NCBI RefSeq assembly: GCF_001194135.2
Contig: NC_068999.1
Coordinates: forward strand, 36,997,374-37,061,373
DNA length: 64,000 nt
Reading direction: 5' to 3'
From: Octopus bimaculoides
Lineage: Eukaryota
Made by a program: the position numbers and the translations under genes. Of this stretch, positions 1 to 13,643 are shown piece after piece. Below the pieces are notes generated by a model, which was not told the DNA's origin, ran no database searches, and was given only the letters and a program-made list of their open reading frames with translations. Numbering within the stretch: the stretch's first letter is position 1; each line of letters begins with the position of its first letter.

Positions 1-869
1 ATTTATTTACACAACTGTTTTATATCTAAGCTTTTAGCGCTGGCATTTTCCCTTCAATAATTGCTGCTCTGCAACTCTTAATCTCTTCACCTTAAACACA
101 CAAAAACCTCAACATTGTTTGGTTGACAACCACATTATATATATATATATATCATAAGCAACATTTTCCCTTGCTCACACATAAAAATACGTATGTATAA
201 ATATACCTCTATACACGTATACACACGTTTCAGGTAAACAGTGATGATCTGTTTGAGAGAGAGAGAGAGTGATGTTTCTAAGGAACTATAAAAAGTGGCA
301 TTAATTCTTAGTTCCAACTCTAAATGTAATACAATAGAAGTTTTCTAGTTAACAGTAGTTGTAGCATTGACAGAATATAAAAACTTACTTGTTGAAGTAT
401 CACAGTATTAATTGTACGTATTTGTTAAAAGATTTGCACGACACAAGTAAAATGTGAAATGTCCAGCAAATTGTCACAGCCGAAACGAATAAACAATCCC
501 AATATATATAGGACACACACACATAGCATAAATTTATATATATACATACATGTATGTGTGTGTGTTAGGTCGCTCTTGAGCACTACTGGTACCAAGTAAT
601 CCTGTTACATAGTTGGGTCGTCGCGACTAAACCGGCAACCTCACCTAGCGTACTTGGTGAGGAATATGATTGTGGGACACCTTGCAGGACAAAAAAATAA
701 GACCCGTCAAAGGGCGGAAGAACTACAGCGTAGTCAACGGCCATTCAAAAACGTTTTGTTTGTGTGTGCATGTGTGTATATATATATTGTATTTCAAACT
801 GTATTGTGTGTGTATTGTGTTTTAAATTGTATCTCAATTTTTATTTTATTTTATCCCCCTCCCCACCTT

Positions 870-1907
870 TTTTTATATGATAAATGGATAAGGGGTGGAT
901 GGTGCTCTGTTTACCCAACCCGTAGCAAAGGCCGTCTATCTAAGAGAAGGTAACTCTGAGTTTAAATACTTCACTGCTGTCTTGTAGTTGGCCTTAGATT
1001 GGGCGAAGACTGGGAGAAGGATATTGATATAAAACCTGTGACTGCAAATGCACCCAATGATGTCGACTTTCTCTTCTTTTTAGATCATGCTTTGTAGTTT
1101 AGAGAGTGGGAATGATTTCTGTGCAAAAACTTTTCCTCACTTTAAAAAGCGTCAAACACAGGTATTGCTGTAAAGGAAAGAGAAATGAACATCTTGTATG
1201 CACATGGCTGACCGAAGCCTAAAAAAGGCACAACCAAACAATGAAAGATGATATTGATACTGAAGCAAATGGCAAAAAGAGCTCTGAAACATTTTGTCCT
1301 GTGGTCTGGCCTGGCAGGTGTTCCAGAGCACCACAACCTGGACCCGGTCGTCATCCTGCAATTGTGAGTAAATTCAGGTTAAGAGATCTGCGCTTGTTGC
1401 AAAAGAGTTACAGCGATATGATATAGATGTTGTAGCATTAGCCGAAACAAGAATTCGTGGAAAAGGGTGTTTTGTAGAGAAATCAACTGGGTGAGTGACA
1501 TTTGCAATTAAAACCACTATGGTTTCACAACTACCATGTGGTCATTCTGAACGTTTGATATCTTTAAGACTTCCATTAAGAAAAGATCGCTATGCAACAC
1601 TCATAAGTACAAATGCTCCAGCTATGAATTCATCAGAGGATGATAAACTTGCCTTTTATCTATCACTTACAGAAATTACACGCAGTATCCCCCCTGATGA
1701 CAAAGTTGTCATTTTAGATGATTTTAATGCTCGCGTTGGTGCAGATTGGGAGACCTGGGATATCTTAGGAAGGCATGGGGTTGGGAGTTCCAACAGTAAT
1801 GGTTTACTACTATTACAAATGTGCGTAGAGAGGGATTTGCGTGTCATGAACACAATGTTTCGGCTAAAAAATAAGTATAAAACGACGTGGATGCATCCTG
1901 ATTCTAA
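870..1907 (+). mobile_element. RTE-clade LINE 5' fragment (AP endonuclease), decayed
   Basis: RSALVAKELQRYDIDVVALAETR, ERLISLRLPL, VILDDFNARVG, GRHGVGSSNSNGLLLL, NTMF...KTTWMHP motifs across frames; the 5' boundary is approximate. Confidence 0.85.
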
Positions 1908-2249
1908 GTAAGGTTCTTTTGCACACACGCTTTGTCTTGCCAAACACGCGAAAACACATAGATACACAAACAACAATTTACACATCACAAATACCACAAC
2001 TGCATTTGTTTCTTGTAAACATTTTTTCATTTATTATTGTTTACCTATTGTGATATAACAAATGTTACCATTTTAATAAATAACTTATAACGCATTCTAA
2101 AAGTTTTGTCAACTTAATGTTCTACACCGCATTCAACCAATTTTACACCTGATTATAAACAAGAGAGACAGCAAACACGTAAATTGAACATCGGCTTCCT
2201 CCGTGGCAGAATCCAAAATACATCATATATATATATATATATATATATA

Positions 2250-2990
2250 GGAATCTTGAAAGCATGAAGTGGATTCGATCCACTATACCCAAATTTGAAT
2301 TAACACTGCGTCAGAACTTTTCCCACGTGGAACAATGGTTTTGATCTGACAGCAGTTAGATATTTCCCAGACGCCTTTAGCTAGGCCGAAGCGATGTCGC
2401 CAACACTTGACCCTTTCTGACCTCTTCTTCTCCATCAAATCTAGAATAGAGATAACAAGACCGCCAGCTAAATCCTTTGTTCTCACTATTCTTCTAGATA
2501 GCTATAAAAACAGGAGACCCCAAGCCAAACGTTTAGTGGTCACTTGGCGACAACGGAGCGAAGCAACTCGTGACAACCAGCAGTTAGGGAATGGACATCT
2601 ACAGATACAGTCACAAGCAGTCAGCCACCTAAAAGACAACACGACAAAAGGGAGAAAGAAGTTTACAACCAGCCAACTATGAGACACAACTTCCCTCGAC
2701 GCTATAACTATCACTAGCTCTCATCTCTTTACTCGGTAAACCCTGTGTTTTTATCTGTTTACTATTACAAGAATGTGTACACACCTATACAGGCCAAAAT
2801 TAACTTTCTTTTCCTTGCATGCTTTAAGAACTGTGTTATACGATTACACTAACCTACCCGTCGTGGTATGGCGACATATAAAGTAACGGTAAATAAATAT
2901 TTCTATAAAAACTTCATAAATTGTTTATCTTGCGCATCCCGCAGCACATCGCTACAAACTAACAATTATCGTTACAATTGGTAATCTCTG
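2250..2990. repeat. Unclassified interspersed repeat (LTR-like), longer copy
   Basis: 2250-2390 and ~2791-2915 align with 24462-24718; both copies abut a (TA)n run and carry an AGTGGAT-nnn-ATCCACT hairpin. Confidence 0.6.
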
Positions 2991-3047
2991 ACTTAAACAT
3001 ATCGATACCATTACGCACGCACACACACACACACACATATATATATA

Positions 3048-3257
3048 TACTCTTTTACTTGTTTCAGTCATTTGACTGTGGCCATGCTGGAGCGCTGCCT
3101 TTAGTCGAGCAAATCGACCCCCAGGACTTATTCTTTGGAAGCCTAGTACTTATTCTATCGGTCTGTTTTGACGAACCGTTAAGTTACGGGGACGTAAACA
3201 CACCAGGATCGGTTGTCAAGCGATGTTGGAGGACAAACACAGACACACAAACATATA
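3048..3257 (-). mobile_element. SINE 3' part (abundant tRNA-SINE family)
   Basis: Reverse complement of the SINE tail at 61080-61275 (...GGAGCGCTGCCTTTAGTCGAGCAAATCGACCCC...). Confidence 0.75.
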
Positions 3258-4134
3258 NNNNNNNNNNNNNNNNNNNNNNNNNNNNNNNNNNNNNNNNNNN
3301 NNNNNNNNNNNNNNNNNNNNNNNNNNNNNNNNNNNNNNNNNNNNNNNNNNNNNNNNNAGTCTATCCTCCTCAGAATGTAATCTCTCTAACATTCTCTCTT
3401 TGCTGTACTTGTCATGTTGTTGTCAACTTTCAGCTGTTTCAGTGGAAACATAACAACATTCACCTTACTAATTTAGGAGCAACTGCAAACACCACGGGCA
3501 CAGTCATTTTCCATCTGGCTGGATTGTTAGAGTTATTTGAGAGTTGGGGAAAATGCAAGCTATATTTAGTTAGGGCTTATTATCCTCCAAGTCCAGATTC
3601 TTCTTTTATCCTTTGATAAAATAAATCAGATGTTTTCAATCTACCTGCTACATGAAGTTTCAGCATACCTTTGTCAATCTACTGATGCTACTTGGAGGCC
3701 TACAGTTTGAATGGGGTGTTTCTGTGGCCTACAGTTTGAATGGGGTGTTCCATTGACCTGATCATAAAATGAAGTACCAGTAGTCGTGTATTCTTATGAT
3801 GCATTCTAAGTATAAATCAAATCATAATGAAGAGAGTGACAGAAACATATCTCATATTTTACACTGCAACTGTTGTAATATTGGTAAAGATAGGCAAAAG
3901 GTAATGGCATCTTCATTTAGGTAAAGTTTATTGCTTTTTATTCAATTACCTGTATAGTTTGGATTGGTATATACTGTGAATTTTCTATTAAAACGTTTAT
4001 CGAGACTGATGAATATGGGAATTTTTATTTTTATTTTTGTTGCACCCTGTAAAAGATTTACTTTATATATCCATATGTATATTGTGTGTTTTATATAACA
4101 CTCAATATTGATAATTGAAATTTTATATTCCCAG

Positions 4135-4358
4135 GAACAATCATACAACGACATCGTATTCCTAAACCACAGCCTCATGATAAGGAGCTTTATACTCTGG
4201 AAGACTTCAATGTTGGGTCAGTTGTGAACTTTTACAGCAAAGTCTTCAAGATAGTTGACTGTGATCCATTTACATATAATTTCCTGTACAACAATGGTGA
4301 GAAAATTCCTAAACCTGGGACAGTTCCCAAGGATCCCTATACTGAATATCGCCGAACA
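4135..4358 (+). CDS. EFHC2: EFHC2 internal exon (C-terminal half of DM10 domain 1)
   Basis: ttcccag acceptor, gtacgt donor; phase 1 in, 0 out; translates (G)TIIQRHRIPKPQPHDKELYTLEDFNVGSVVNFYSKVFKIVDCDPFTYNFL...KDPYTEYRRT, a DM10 signature. Not in the ORF track (no in-frame Met). Confidence 0.92.
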
Positions 4359-6696
4359 GTACGTGTAAACTAATTTCACCTCAAGCAAAGCTATCAGCTC
4401 TATTCTATGCATTTCTTTTTTTTAAAAATTTTTGTAATATGCAAATATTTTTCTCTTGCTAAGTTTGTATATTGATTCCAGGCAAAACCAGAGCCATGCC
4501 TTAACCCAGTATTTGACAATTATTTATTTTATTAATTTTCAGTATTTTATATTATTGATCATTAGTATTTAAGTGGTACTTTTGGAACTGACCCAAGTAC
4601 TTGAATGAAACTTACTGTATTATCCTCACAAGGATAAAGGACAAAGTCCATCCTGGTTGGATTGGAATTTAGAACATAACGAGATGTAACTAAAGTCGAT
4701 GAAGTGTTTTGTTTGACATCTTCATCATCGTCCTCCTCGATTAACATAAACTATCCATACTGGCACGAGTAGGATGNNNNNNNNNNNNNNNNNNNNNNNN
4801 NNNNNNNNNNNNNNNNNNNNNNNNNNNNNNNNNNNNNNNNNNNNNNNNNNNNNNNNNNNNNNNNNNNNNNNNNNNNNNNNNNNNNNNNNNNNNNNNNNNN
4901 NNNNNNNNNNNNNNNNNNNNNNNNNNNNNNNNNNNNNNNNNNNNNNNNNNNNNNNNNNNNNNNNNNNNNNNNNNNNNNNNNNNNNNNNNNNNNNNNNNNN
5001 NNNNNNNNNNNNNNNNNNNNNNNNNNNNNNNNNNNNNNNNNNNNNNNNNNNNNNNNNNNNNNNNNNNNNNNNNNNNNNGCATTCAAGGAACAATAATAGA
5101 ATTGAGTGGGGACAGGATCAACTTGAAGAAATTGCAAAAAGAGTATCGGGCACTGAATACAGAAATTTTGGTTTGAATCTCAAGCCTTTAGTTTTTCAGT
5201 CTACCACTTTCCCAACTGAACTCTTTCAGATACCACAATGCGAATTATAGCTGACCAACATAAGACAACAGCTGAGACATCATAGGTTGGCTGATTGTGA
5301 TAGTGAACACTATTGTGCAGGAGCTTCTGTATTAAGATTTCATTTTCAGTTTGAAGCAAACATTATTCTTATTTTTTTTGTTTGACTTCAGGGTTAACCT
5401 TTTAGCAGACCTGTAAGCAAAAGCATTCCTGCTTTATTATATTTTGTTTCTTTCAAGCATCCTGTATGTACAACTGCATTATCAATGTCCTTCTGTTTTT
5501 TTAAAGATAGTAGCATGTAACATGAGATAATTGGATGCTATTTTTACCAATTTGAATGATCTTTTAGAGATTTCGTCATAGACTTAAAACTATAAGTAAA
5601 TGCTTTTTCCACAAGTTAACCCTAATCAGGACTATGACCAAGGACATTCCAATCATGGCCATCCTATGTTATTATTCAAGGTGCAGAGCATTGGGAATCA
5701 AGTCATTCGATATATTCTGCCTTTCTTTGTGTGTGGTGATTCTAGATGGAAATTACTGTTGCATTTAGCATACTGAATAATCATGCAGAGCAGTGGTTCC
5801 CAAATTCTTCACAACTAATGATTCCTTTCATAAAAAAATTGAATTTTCTCGAAAACCCCAAGATTTTGAAAGGTTTATTTACTTAATAGATATTGAGCTT
5901 AGCTTGCACAATCCGGGTACTATGTTTTTGGATGCTAAGTGTCTCTGTAGAGCTCAAGCAGAAAACTATTGATGCAGACAGTTCCTCAACATCAAACCAG
6001 ATCATTTCATTTAAGTTGTACCATGAGTGCGGTAATGTCCAATTTACACCTACCCCTCCTTGAAGATATAAGACATTTGGTTTAGACAAATTACATTCTT
6101 ATAAGTATCTGCAATGGTATCTCGTTTTGTTTGACATCTTCATCATCGTCCTCCTTGATTAACATAAACTATCCATACTGGCACGAGTAGGATGATTTGG
6201 CAGGATCCATCAGGTGTGGAAAATGAATTGTGCACCTATATCTATTTTAGCATGGTGTCTATGGCTGGACATCCGTCATAATGGCATCCACTTTACATCC
6301 CAGCATGTACCATTTAGCCTTGCACTCAACATCATTAGCGTCATAGTCATTACCATCATCATCATCATCATTTCCTCCTTCACCACCATCTTCATTATTG
6401 CCAGTGGCAACATCATCATTGTCATTGACATCAATATAACCATCATTATCATCATCAACATTGAATATTAGATATTCCTTGCTGTTATGAGTCAGACAGT
6501 TTTCCTTCAGTAGAGCTTTAGAAAGAGATGTTAGTTGACTCTTATGATATGGAGATTCAGTGTACAGTTTCTAAAACTCAGGCAACCATTGGAAATTTAG
6601 CCCAGCATTCTATGACATTTTCTACCTTTCTACTTATTAATTTTACAATGTTACTGAAAACTTGCAAAGAATTTATCATTGTCTTCTCTTCTGAAG

Positions 6697-6948
6697 GTTG
6701 ATGAAGGCCAGAAGCCCATGCGACCTTATCAAAAGATCGATATGTTGAAGCAGTTCCTTGTCCATGACCAGCATGTACTTAGATTCTACTGTCTCTGGGA
6801 TGACTCGGATGCAATGTTTGGTGACCCACACAAGATGGTGCTTCTCTACTTCCTCTCTGATGACACAATAGAAATCCATGAAGACATCCTGCCTAACAGT
6901 GGCCGTGACCAAATTTCAGTTTTCATCAAAAGAGGGAAATTACCAAAA
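6697..6948 (+). CDS. EFHC2: EFHC2 exon (DM10 domain 2, N-terminal part)
   Basis: ctgaag/gtaaat, 252 nt, phase 0/0; VDEGQKPMRPYQKIDMLKQFL...VLRFYCLWDDSDAMFGD...YFLSDDTIEI...GRD...KLPK; the PMRPY..D.LKQFL motif fits EFHC2 rather than EFHC1. Confidence 0.95.
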
Positions 6949-7920
6949 GTAAATATATTTTGTGCTTTTCTTCTTCAACAAAATTTGGTTATTTCAAACA
7001 ATTTTCTACTGCATCATCTGCTAAACCTCTGTGTTGCTGGGATGTGTACAGCTTTGTGTGTTCTTTTTTGGCTGTTAGGAGCAGTGCAAATGCTTCCCAG
7101 TATTGTATTGCATCTTTTGTTATGGAGTCTGATGCAGTCTTTGGTTGTATTAGCATTTGTGCTGTATGTGTAATGCATTGGGTACGTGGCCAGATGGTGC
7201 TTGTTTATTTTCTTTGAAACTTGGTCTATTTTAGTTTGAGGCATTTTCCCCTTTCACAGAATATATATCACCAGATATTTGCAAGAGTTCTTTCCAAAAT
7301 TGTTTCCCTTATAACAGTATTTCTTCTTCTCCATATTTGATATACTTGTTTTATTATTCATGTGTGTTTTGGGTATAGCTTGGCAGTGTAGAATGCATTT
7401 CATACTTCATATATAGTCGTCATCTGTCCACTGTTATCTTTTGGTTTGTTTTGCTCTTGTGCAGTGTTAAGTTTTTAGCACAACACCATCTCTAGAAATG
7501 TGCTATGGCTTCTTTTGTATCTTGATTGCCCGAGGCTCACAAATCAAAATTCACCTATTTGTTTTCTTACTTTTATTACTGAGCATATCTGCTTTTTTCT
7601 CTCTGTTTAAGATGAGATATGCTGCATCTTATATTCATTAATTCTCTCTTAAGTTGTTTAAACACCGTGTTCTATGTTGTCTTGTTCATATGTGAAAGAT
7701 TGTATGTGTATGTGTGTGAACTGTATAAACATTACATTTGTGTTTATGTTTAAAAATGTAAATACATATATGATTATTATTTGTACTTGCATTTCTTTTT
7801 TTGTTTTTTAATAGGGATGTCATATTTTCATCTATTGCTTCATTTTGTACATCACACATTTCACTTAAGGAACAATCAATAACAAGTTGACAAAAGTTCC
7901 TCACTATTTCCTCTCCTGTT

Positions 7921-8335
7921 CCTTACATAGACAAAACTTTCTTGAAAATCCTTGCTGTACCAAGGAGTGCTGTTGTTTGCATGACTTGTGACTTTGCATC
8001 AGTAAAGATTTTATTTACACACTCCTCAAAACTGCCTGATATGCATCCCAATGCTCCCATCTTCGCTGAAATCATTAAGACTAGACAACACAAGATGATA
8101 TGGTCCGCTGTCTCATTGTGCTGGTTGCACATTCTGCATTTTGTGTTAGAGCCTGTTTTCATTATTTTGCTTCTATAATTGTTTGTAGTCAGGCATTAAT
8201 CTTGTGCAGCGAGAAGCAATCGTGTTTCTGCTTTTAGTCTAGCAAATTTAAGCTGCTTTTATTGTCTTTTACTTAAGCTCACTTCCTCTCTGTCAAGCCT
8301 TATAAGTTATTTGCCACGGAGTGGTTTTTATCTTC
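7921..8335 (-). mobile_element. Dong/R4-like RLE non-LTR element, 3' fragment with internal deletion
   Basis: KCRMCNQHNETADHIILCC (CCHC finger) fused to GALG...VMQTTALLGTARIFKKVL, the C-terminus of R4/Dong ORFs. Confidence 0.75.
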
Positions 8336-10105
8336 ATTTCTCTTTCAATCATCATCATCATCATCATTGTTTAACGTCCGCTTTCCATGCTAGCATGGGT
8401 TGGACGATTTGACTGAGGACTGGTGAAACCGGATGGCAACACCAGGCTCCAATCTGTTGTTTCTTGTCTCTTTGACCATCTCTGCTGTGATATCATCTGC
8501 GGTCAGTGTATCAGTGTGGTTTGTTTCTGTTTTGTATTCTGTTGCCTCTTGTGTTACCTTATTACATGCAGTAGTCTTCCACTCTTTGTTTCAAAGTACT
8601 TTCCTAGTCCAACTGTTGTTATTTTATAACTCTCTATCTGTATTAGACCACAGTCTCCTGAGCAGGGTAGATACATTGTCTGCATCTGCTTTGGGGTGGT
8701 CATTTTGGTACACTGGTTAAGTTTTCTGTTTTTTCTGCCTAGGGTTCTCAATTCACTGATATTCTATTTTATTATGTTAAAGCTGTACTTTATGACTGGT
8801 ATGGCTAGCGTGTTTATCCCTGTTATTTTATTTTTAGCATTAAGCTCAGTGTTTAATACTACTTTAACTCTTCTAAAATACTCTCCTAATTTTCTATTTC
8901 ATTTCTGTGTTGTATTTTAGCTGTTTTGTCTGTTCCTAGATATTTGTATGAGTGATTATGGTCTAATTCTCTTATTTATGTGTCTATGTTGAGAGCAGTA
9001 TTTTCAAGGTTGATTACTTCGTCTCTTCTCAATGTGACTTCAGCACATTTGTCCAGCCCCATGATCATTCTGATGTCCTTGCTAAAACAATGGAAAATTT
9101 TGACAAGGTTTCTTTGGTGTTTTAGTGAAAATTTTAAGGTCATCCATGTACAGGAGATGGTTTATTGTTTGTCTATACCACCTATAAACTTAGCAGGGTT
9201 AGAGAAAGGCAGCAAAGCAAGGGTGACAGTGAGTCTCCCTGTAAAATACCCTTTCTGATGGGTATAGGGTAGGTTTTAATGACTTCTGAGTCATTTTTTA
9301 ATGTTATAATACTTTTCCACTTTGCCATTACATGTTTGATATATTTTAGTAGTAGTGTAGATAACTTATTATCATTTATGGTTTCCTTTCATTATAACTT
9401 TATTTCAGCTGCCTTTGTACTGTTGACCTCCTCCAGAGGCCAAGCGTAGCAAGGGCACTTTTGTTTTGCTCTGAATGCTAAAATCATCACCGTTGTGTTG
9501 TTACTATTAATAGTAGTGGTATTTTTAAGGAGGTGATATGTCAGAATTGTTAATTTATCAGATGTAATACTTAATGAACATTTTACCTGTCTTTATGTTC
9601 TGATTTCAAATTTTGCTGAGGTCACTTTGGCCTTTCATCCTTTCAGGGACTATAATTATCAGCTGAGCACTGAGGTTGGTGCAGTCAACTAATCCTCTCA
9701 TCCAAAATTTCAGGCCATGTGCCTATGGTTGATGGGATTATTATTATTTCATATATGACAACTGATTAGACTGTAACAAAAGATTCCTACCATTTGGCTA
9801 CAATAAGTAGGATATGAACTCAGGATTTAAGATGCCAGAACAAATACTATAAGATTAGTTCAAGGCTATTATAGAAGACACTTGCCAAGAACTATATGGT
9901 TGAGAAGCAAACTTGTTGCCACACAGCCATACCTGTGCCTCCATCTTAAATGGGAAGTTCTCCAAAGACAAAACATGATAGTAGCTAGTATATTTATGTC
10001 CAAATCTACTGAAATGTATTGACAATGAATAGGCGTGTCATTGCTCTGATTCTTGCTGTTAATTGTGCACATGACAAAATTAATCAATTATATTCCTTTA
10101 TTCAG

Positions 10106-10210
10106 GTACCTGATGGTCTGCCTCTCCATGGTCAAAAGGTTGACCGAACAGTCTTAAATGTTTTTGGCTCAATGCATTCTAAAGGACGTTACATTCTGGA
10201 CAACTTAAAG
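10106..10210 (+). CDS. EFHC2: EFHC2 exon
   Basis: ttcag/gtaata, 105 nt, phase 0/0; VPDGLPLHGQKVDRTVLNVFGSMHSKGRYILDNLK, the EFHC2-type DRxVLNxxG insert. Confidence 0.9.
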
Positions 10211-11379
10211 GTAATAAGTGTGAAGGTAGTTCTTTGTTTTTGTATCTTAATTGAGTATCTACATATAGAAGTGGAGTACTAACGAATAAGGCTAAATATA
10301 ATGGTGGTTGCTTTTACATGGCACCAGCATGTGTGCTTTTACATGGATAGCACAAGCACAAACGAGCCTGCATCACTAAGATTTGTATGTATGTACGTGT
10401 ATATATGTATATATATATATATACACATACATATACTGTGTGTGTGTGTGTGTATTATCATTGTTGTTGTCAACACCACTTGTCAGAGTTTGGTTCATTT
10501 GAAGCTTCACTGATGCTTAAATTTGGCATTAATCCAATGGCGCAGTTGGCAAGGGAACTATTTGGTACTCCTCTTCAGCAACACACCTGCTCCAATCCCT
10601 CTATAATACTATTGTCCTTTAAGATAAGGCATAAAGACACCTCTTTCAATATTATACCACAACTCAAATTTAGAGTCTTATTTTGTAAGTTGGTGACCTC
10701 ACAAACATTGCTGCCATATAAAAAGCATCTATTACACTGTAAATTGATTGACGTTTGGAAAGGCCTCCAGCCATACAATCTATGTTTGTTTGTTTGTATG
10801 TATATACTTATTCAGTTTTATTTCAAGATTTTTTACCAATAAAGAAAGAGCAAGTTTCTAACCTTGATCCAAACATCCTTCACTGGAATTTGAATAACAT
10901 CAACAAGGTGTTTTTGTGTGTATGTATGTATATATATATATATATATATATAATTCAAATATAGGATAAAATCTTTAGAAGAATTTATTAAGTAGTTAGC
11001 ATGAAAGAAACCTCATAAAGGAAAAATCCATTAATTATTCCCAATAAATATATTTATTTATATTAAGAGCATTACTATACATAAATGCCTCAAGCTAGGA
11101 GGGACTCACTTCAATTACTCCGATCTAATCAAGCAGTCCAAATGTTGGTATGAGTACTGGCACTGCAAACACATTGTAGACCACTGTTTTATTGAAAGCA
11201 GAGACGTCTGAGATCTATATTTTCTTTATTTGGCTGTAATTTTCTTTTGTGACAGGTGTTTTGTTACAGGTGCCATTGTAAAATGTGTTTTCATCCACCA
11301 CTAGATACCTATAACATTACTCATCAGATATAGGGAATACATTTAAGCCATTGATGGAAATGTAGCTAGTCTGGTTTAC

Positions 11380-11745
11380 CGTTTTCTCTCTTTTCACAAC
11401 CATATAGCAACATTTAATCTGACCACACCCCAGAACTATATCCTATGAGAATGTTGTAACCAAGTAAAAGTCTCTTTTTCATCTCATGCATATTCTTTGA
11501 AGCCATCCACGAAGGAACAGAGTGCTATTTTGGTATTTCTGTTTCCTTGTAAACCAGTGAGATATCCTTCAGAATTCCTTAAAAAGCTTTCAGAAGATAT
11601 AAACAGCATCACAGAGAGGCTATCCCCTTCGAATATGCCTCTGCAATACTTTATTTTACTAATGGTAATACAATCACTCTTTGTATTTAATTTCAGGTTG
11701 GCTATACCTTCAACTATGCTCGCTGGAACTTTAGCAAGTTAAAGG
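11380..11745 (-). mobile_element. Dong/R4-like RT fragment
   Basis: KYCRGIFEGDSLSVMLF (RGIFQGDSLS motif) and FVDGFKEYA (decayed FVDDLKLYA). Confidence 0.6.
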
Positions 11746-13359
11746 GCTTCTAACATCAATGCATGGGGGACAGAGTCAAAGGTTTTCTTGTAGTCCATCC
11801 ACATTGAAACCAGGTTCCTGCACCTCTGACATTACAGTTTTGTTTCTTAACAATTGTTTGACAATTGATTGTACACATTGCTGTACCATCAATGTGGACT
11901 AATGAAGTAGCCTTTATATGGTTGCCTGATCTGCTAGGAACAGCAGCCAAGCTCTTCCAAATTGCCTCCCCTCCCCATTTCTTTGAGAATGGATACAGTA
12001 GATAACATGGTCAAGGATTTACTATACATAGGAAAAAGATGGGATGGTCACAGGCGGAATGTTTGGAATTATAGGTTTGCATGATCAAAGCTAAACTAAA
12101 AATGAAGACAACTAAAGCTAACCCTATTCACCGAAACCCCATTGATGCATCCTTTTTTATAGATAACAGTAGAAATGACAGAAAAGAAACAACATGTCTG
12201 TAGACTAATGGCTGTACAAATAATGAGAAAAAAAGCTTTAGTGTTGTTGTTGTGATTGTCATCTTAACTCTTTACATACTGACTTCAAATCCTATCAGTC
12301 AAAGTTGCTATTTGTCCTTTTGGGGTCAATAGAATGGTTGGTTGATTGATAAAATGTTAGACCAAATACCTTGTAGTATTTGTTTTGGTTTTCAACACAT
12401 TGAATTCATCAGTGAACACAGTGGTGTGCAGAGTGGAGAATTTCTGCAGGCTTTCTATAGACAAAAAATTACCCAATACTGCAAAATGTACATGAGCTTT
12501 CCTTCTACAGAAATCTCATGAACAATAATCCATGAATGGCTTCAAATATGTTGTTGGTGTTTAGTCCCATATAAACCCAAAGTGAGTAGAACTATATGGA
12601 AAGCATTTCCAGTTATAGTCTTCTAATCTTATTTGCAGACAATGTATGGTCAAGAAGTTCACATTACAACCCCACAACTTTACTTTCAGTCCCACTGTGT
12701 GGTACCTTAGCTATCTTCTACTATAGTTTTGAGTTGACCAAACCCTTGTAACAGGATTTGACAGACAGGAACTAAAAGAAGCCAGTAGTACACACACACA
12801 CACACATTTATGTATGTGTGTGTATTTGTGTCTCAATGTCTTGACATTGCATAATAGTTGTTAGTAAATATCACCACCATACAAGCAGTCTCATTCACTT
12901 CCGGTCTTCCTTGCAAACAGATCTGCCAAACGAGAAGTATTAAATTACTAGGAACCAGGTGATGGTTGTCAATGATAAAGGCATCTAACTGTAGAAAATT
13001 TGCCTCAGTAAATTCCCTTTACCTATCTCCCAGGCAAATATAGGAATGTGGTTTAAACTGTTGTGAGGCTGCTAATTCTAAAATGTCAAGTGATCCCATA
13101 CAGGGTTCTTCAATGGCTCCATTTTTATATGTTATTGTTTTTGCTGTTGTTGCTGTTTAACTCCAACTTGAATTCTCCTTCTTTTCCAGCGCTAGTTAGA
13201 AATACATTATTCACAGTATCTTTCACTTTTTCCATAATAGTAAGATGTGATTCAAGAGAGATGTTGTTATCATTTCTAGCAGGCTGACCGACCGTGTTGT
13301 CTAGTAAGTGATGTATTTCCTTTAAAATGTAATTTTTGATGACTGATTTCATCATCCAG

Positions 13360-13498
13360 ACAGGTGAACCTGATATGTCTTACTATCATGCCTCTGATCT
13401 TCGTCTTGGAAATATTATCAATGTCTATAGTCGACCGTTCCTGCTTTGTGACTGTGATGGCTTCACAAAGGAATATTACAAAACCAATTATGGAATTG
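13360..13498 (+). CDS. EFHC2: EFHC2 exon (end of DM10 domain 2)
   Basis: catccag/gtaagt, 139 nt, phase 0/1; TGEPDMSYYHASDLRLGNIINVYSRPFLLCDCDGFTKEYYKTNYGI. Confidence 0.93.
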
Positions 13499-13608
13499 GT
13501 AAGTGATTTACTTTCGTTTGTGTCAAATGTCATGAAATTTAAATAAAAGTGGGATTTAGCTAGATTTGCGAATCTCTCATGTGTGCATTAGTATGTATAT
13601 AGGCATAT

Positions 13609-13643
<35 letters not shown>

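Noticed and set aside
566-670. Possible HDV-like ribozyme upstream of the RTE 5' end (GGTCGC/GCGACT pairing; CCTCACC/GGTGAGG hairpin at 639-662 after GGCAA)
   Set aside because: I could not assemble the nested double pseudoknot: no GG directly after the P1 3' strand, no catalytic C in J4/2 and no P2. An RNArobo/Infernal HDV search would settle it.
6300-6470. Ile/Met-rich ORFs 6214-6471 and 6276-6461
   Set aside because: Degenerate (ATC)n low-complexity tract.
11255-11340. Acceptor-like tttgtgacag/gttacag as an extra EFHC2 exon
   Set aside because: No DM10-like translation, and exons 10210 and 13360 already join in phase with contiguous homology.
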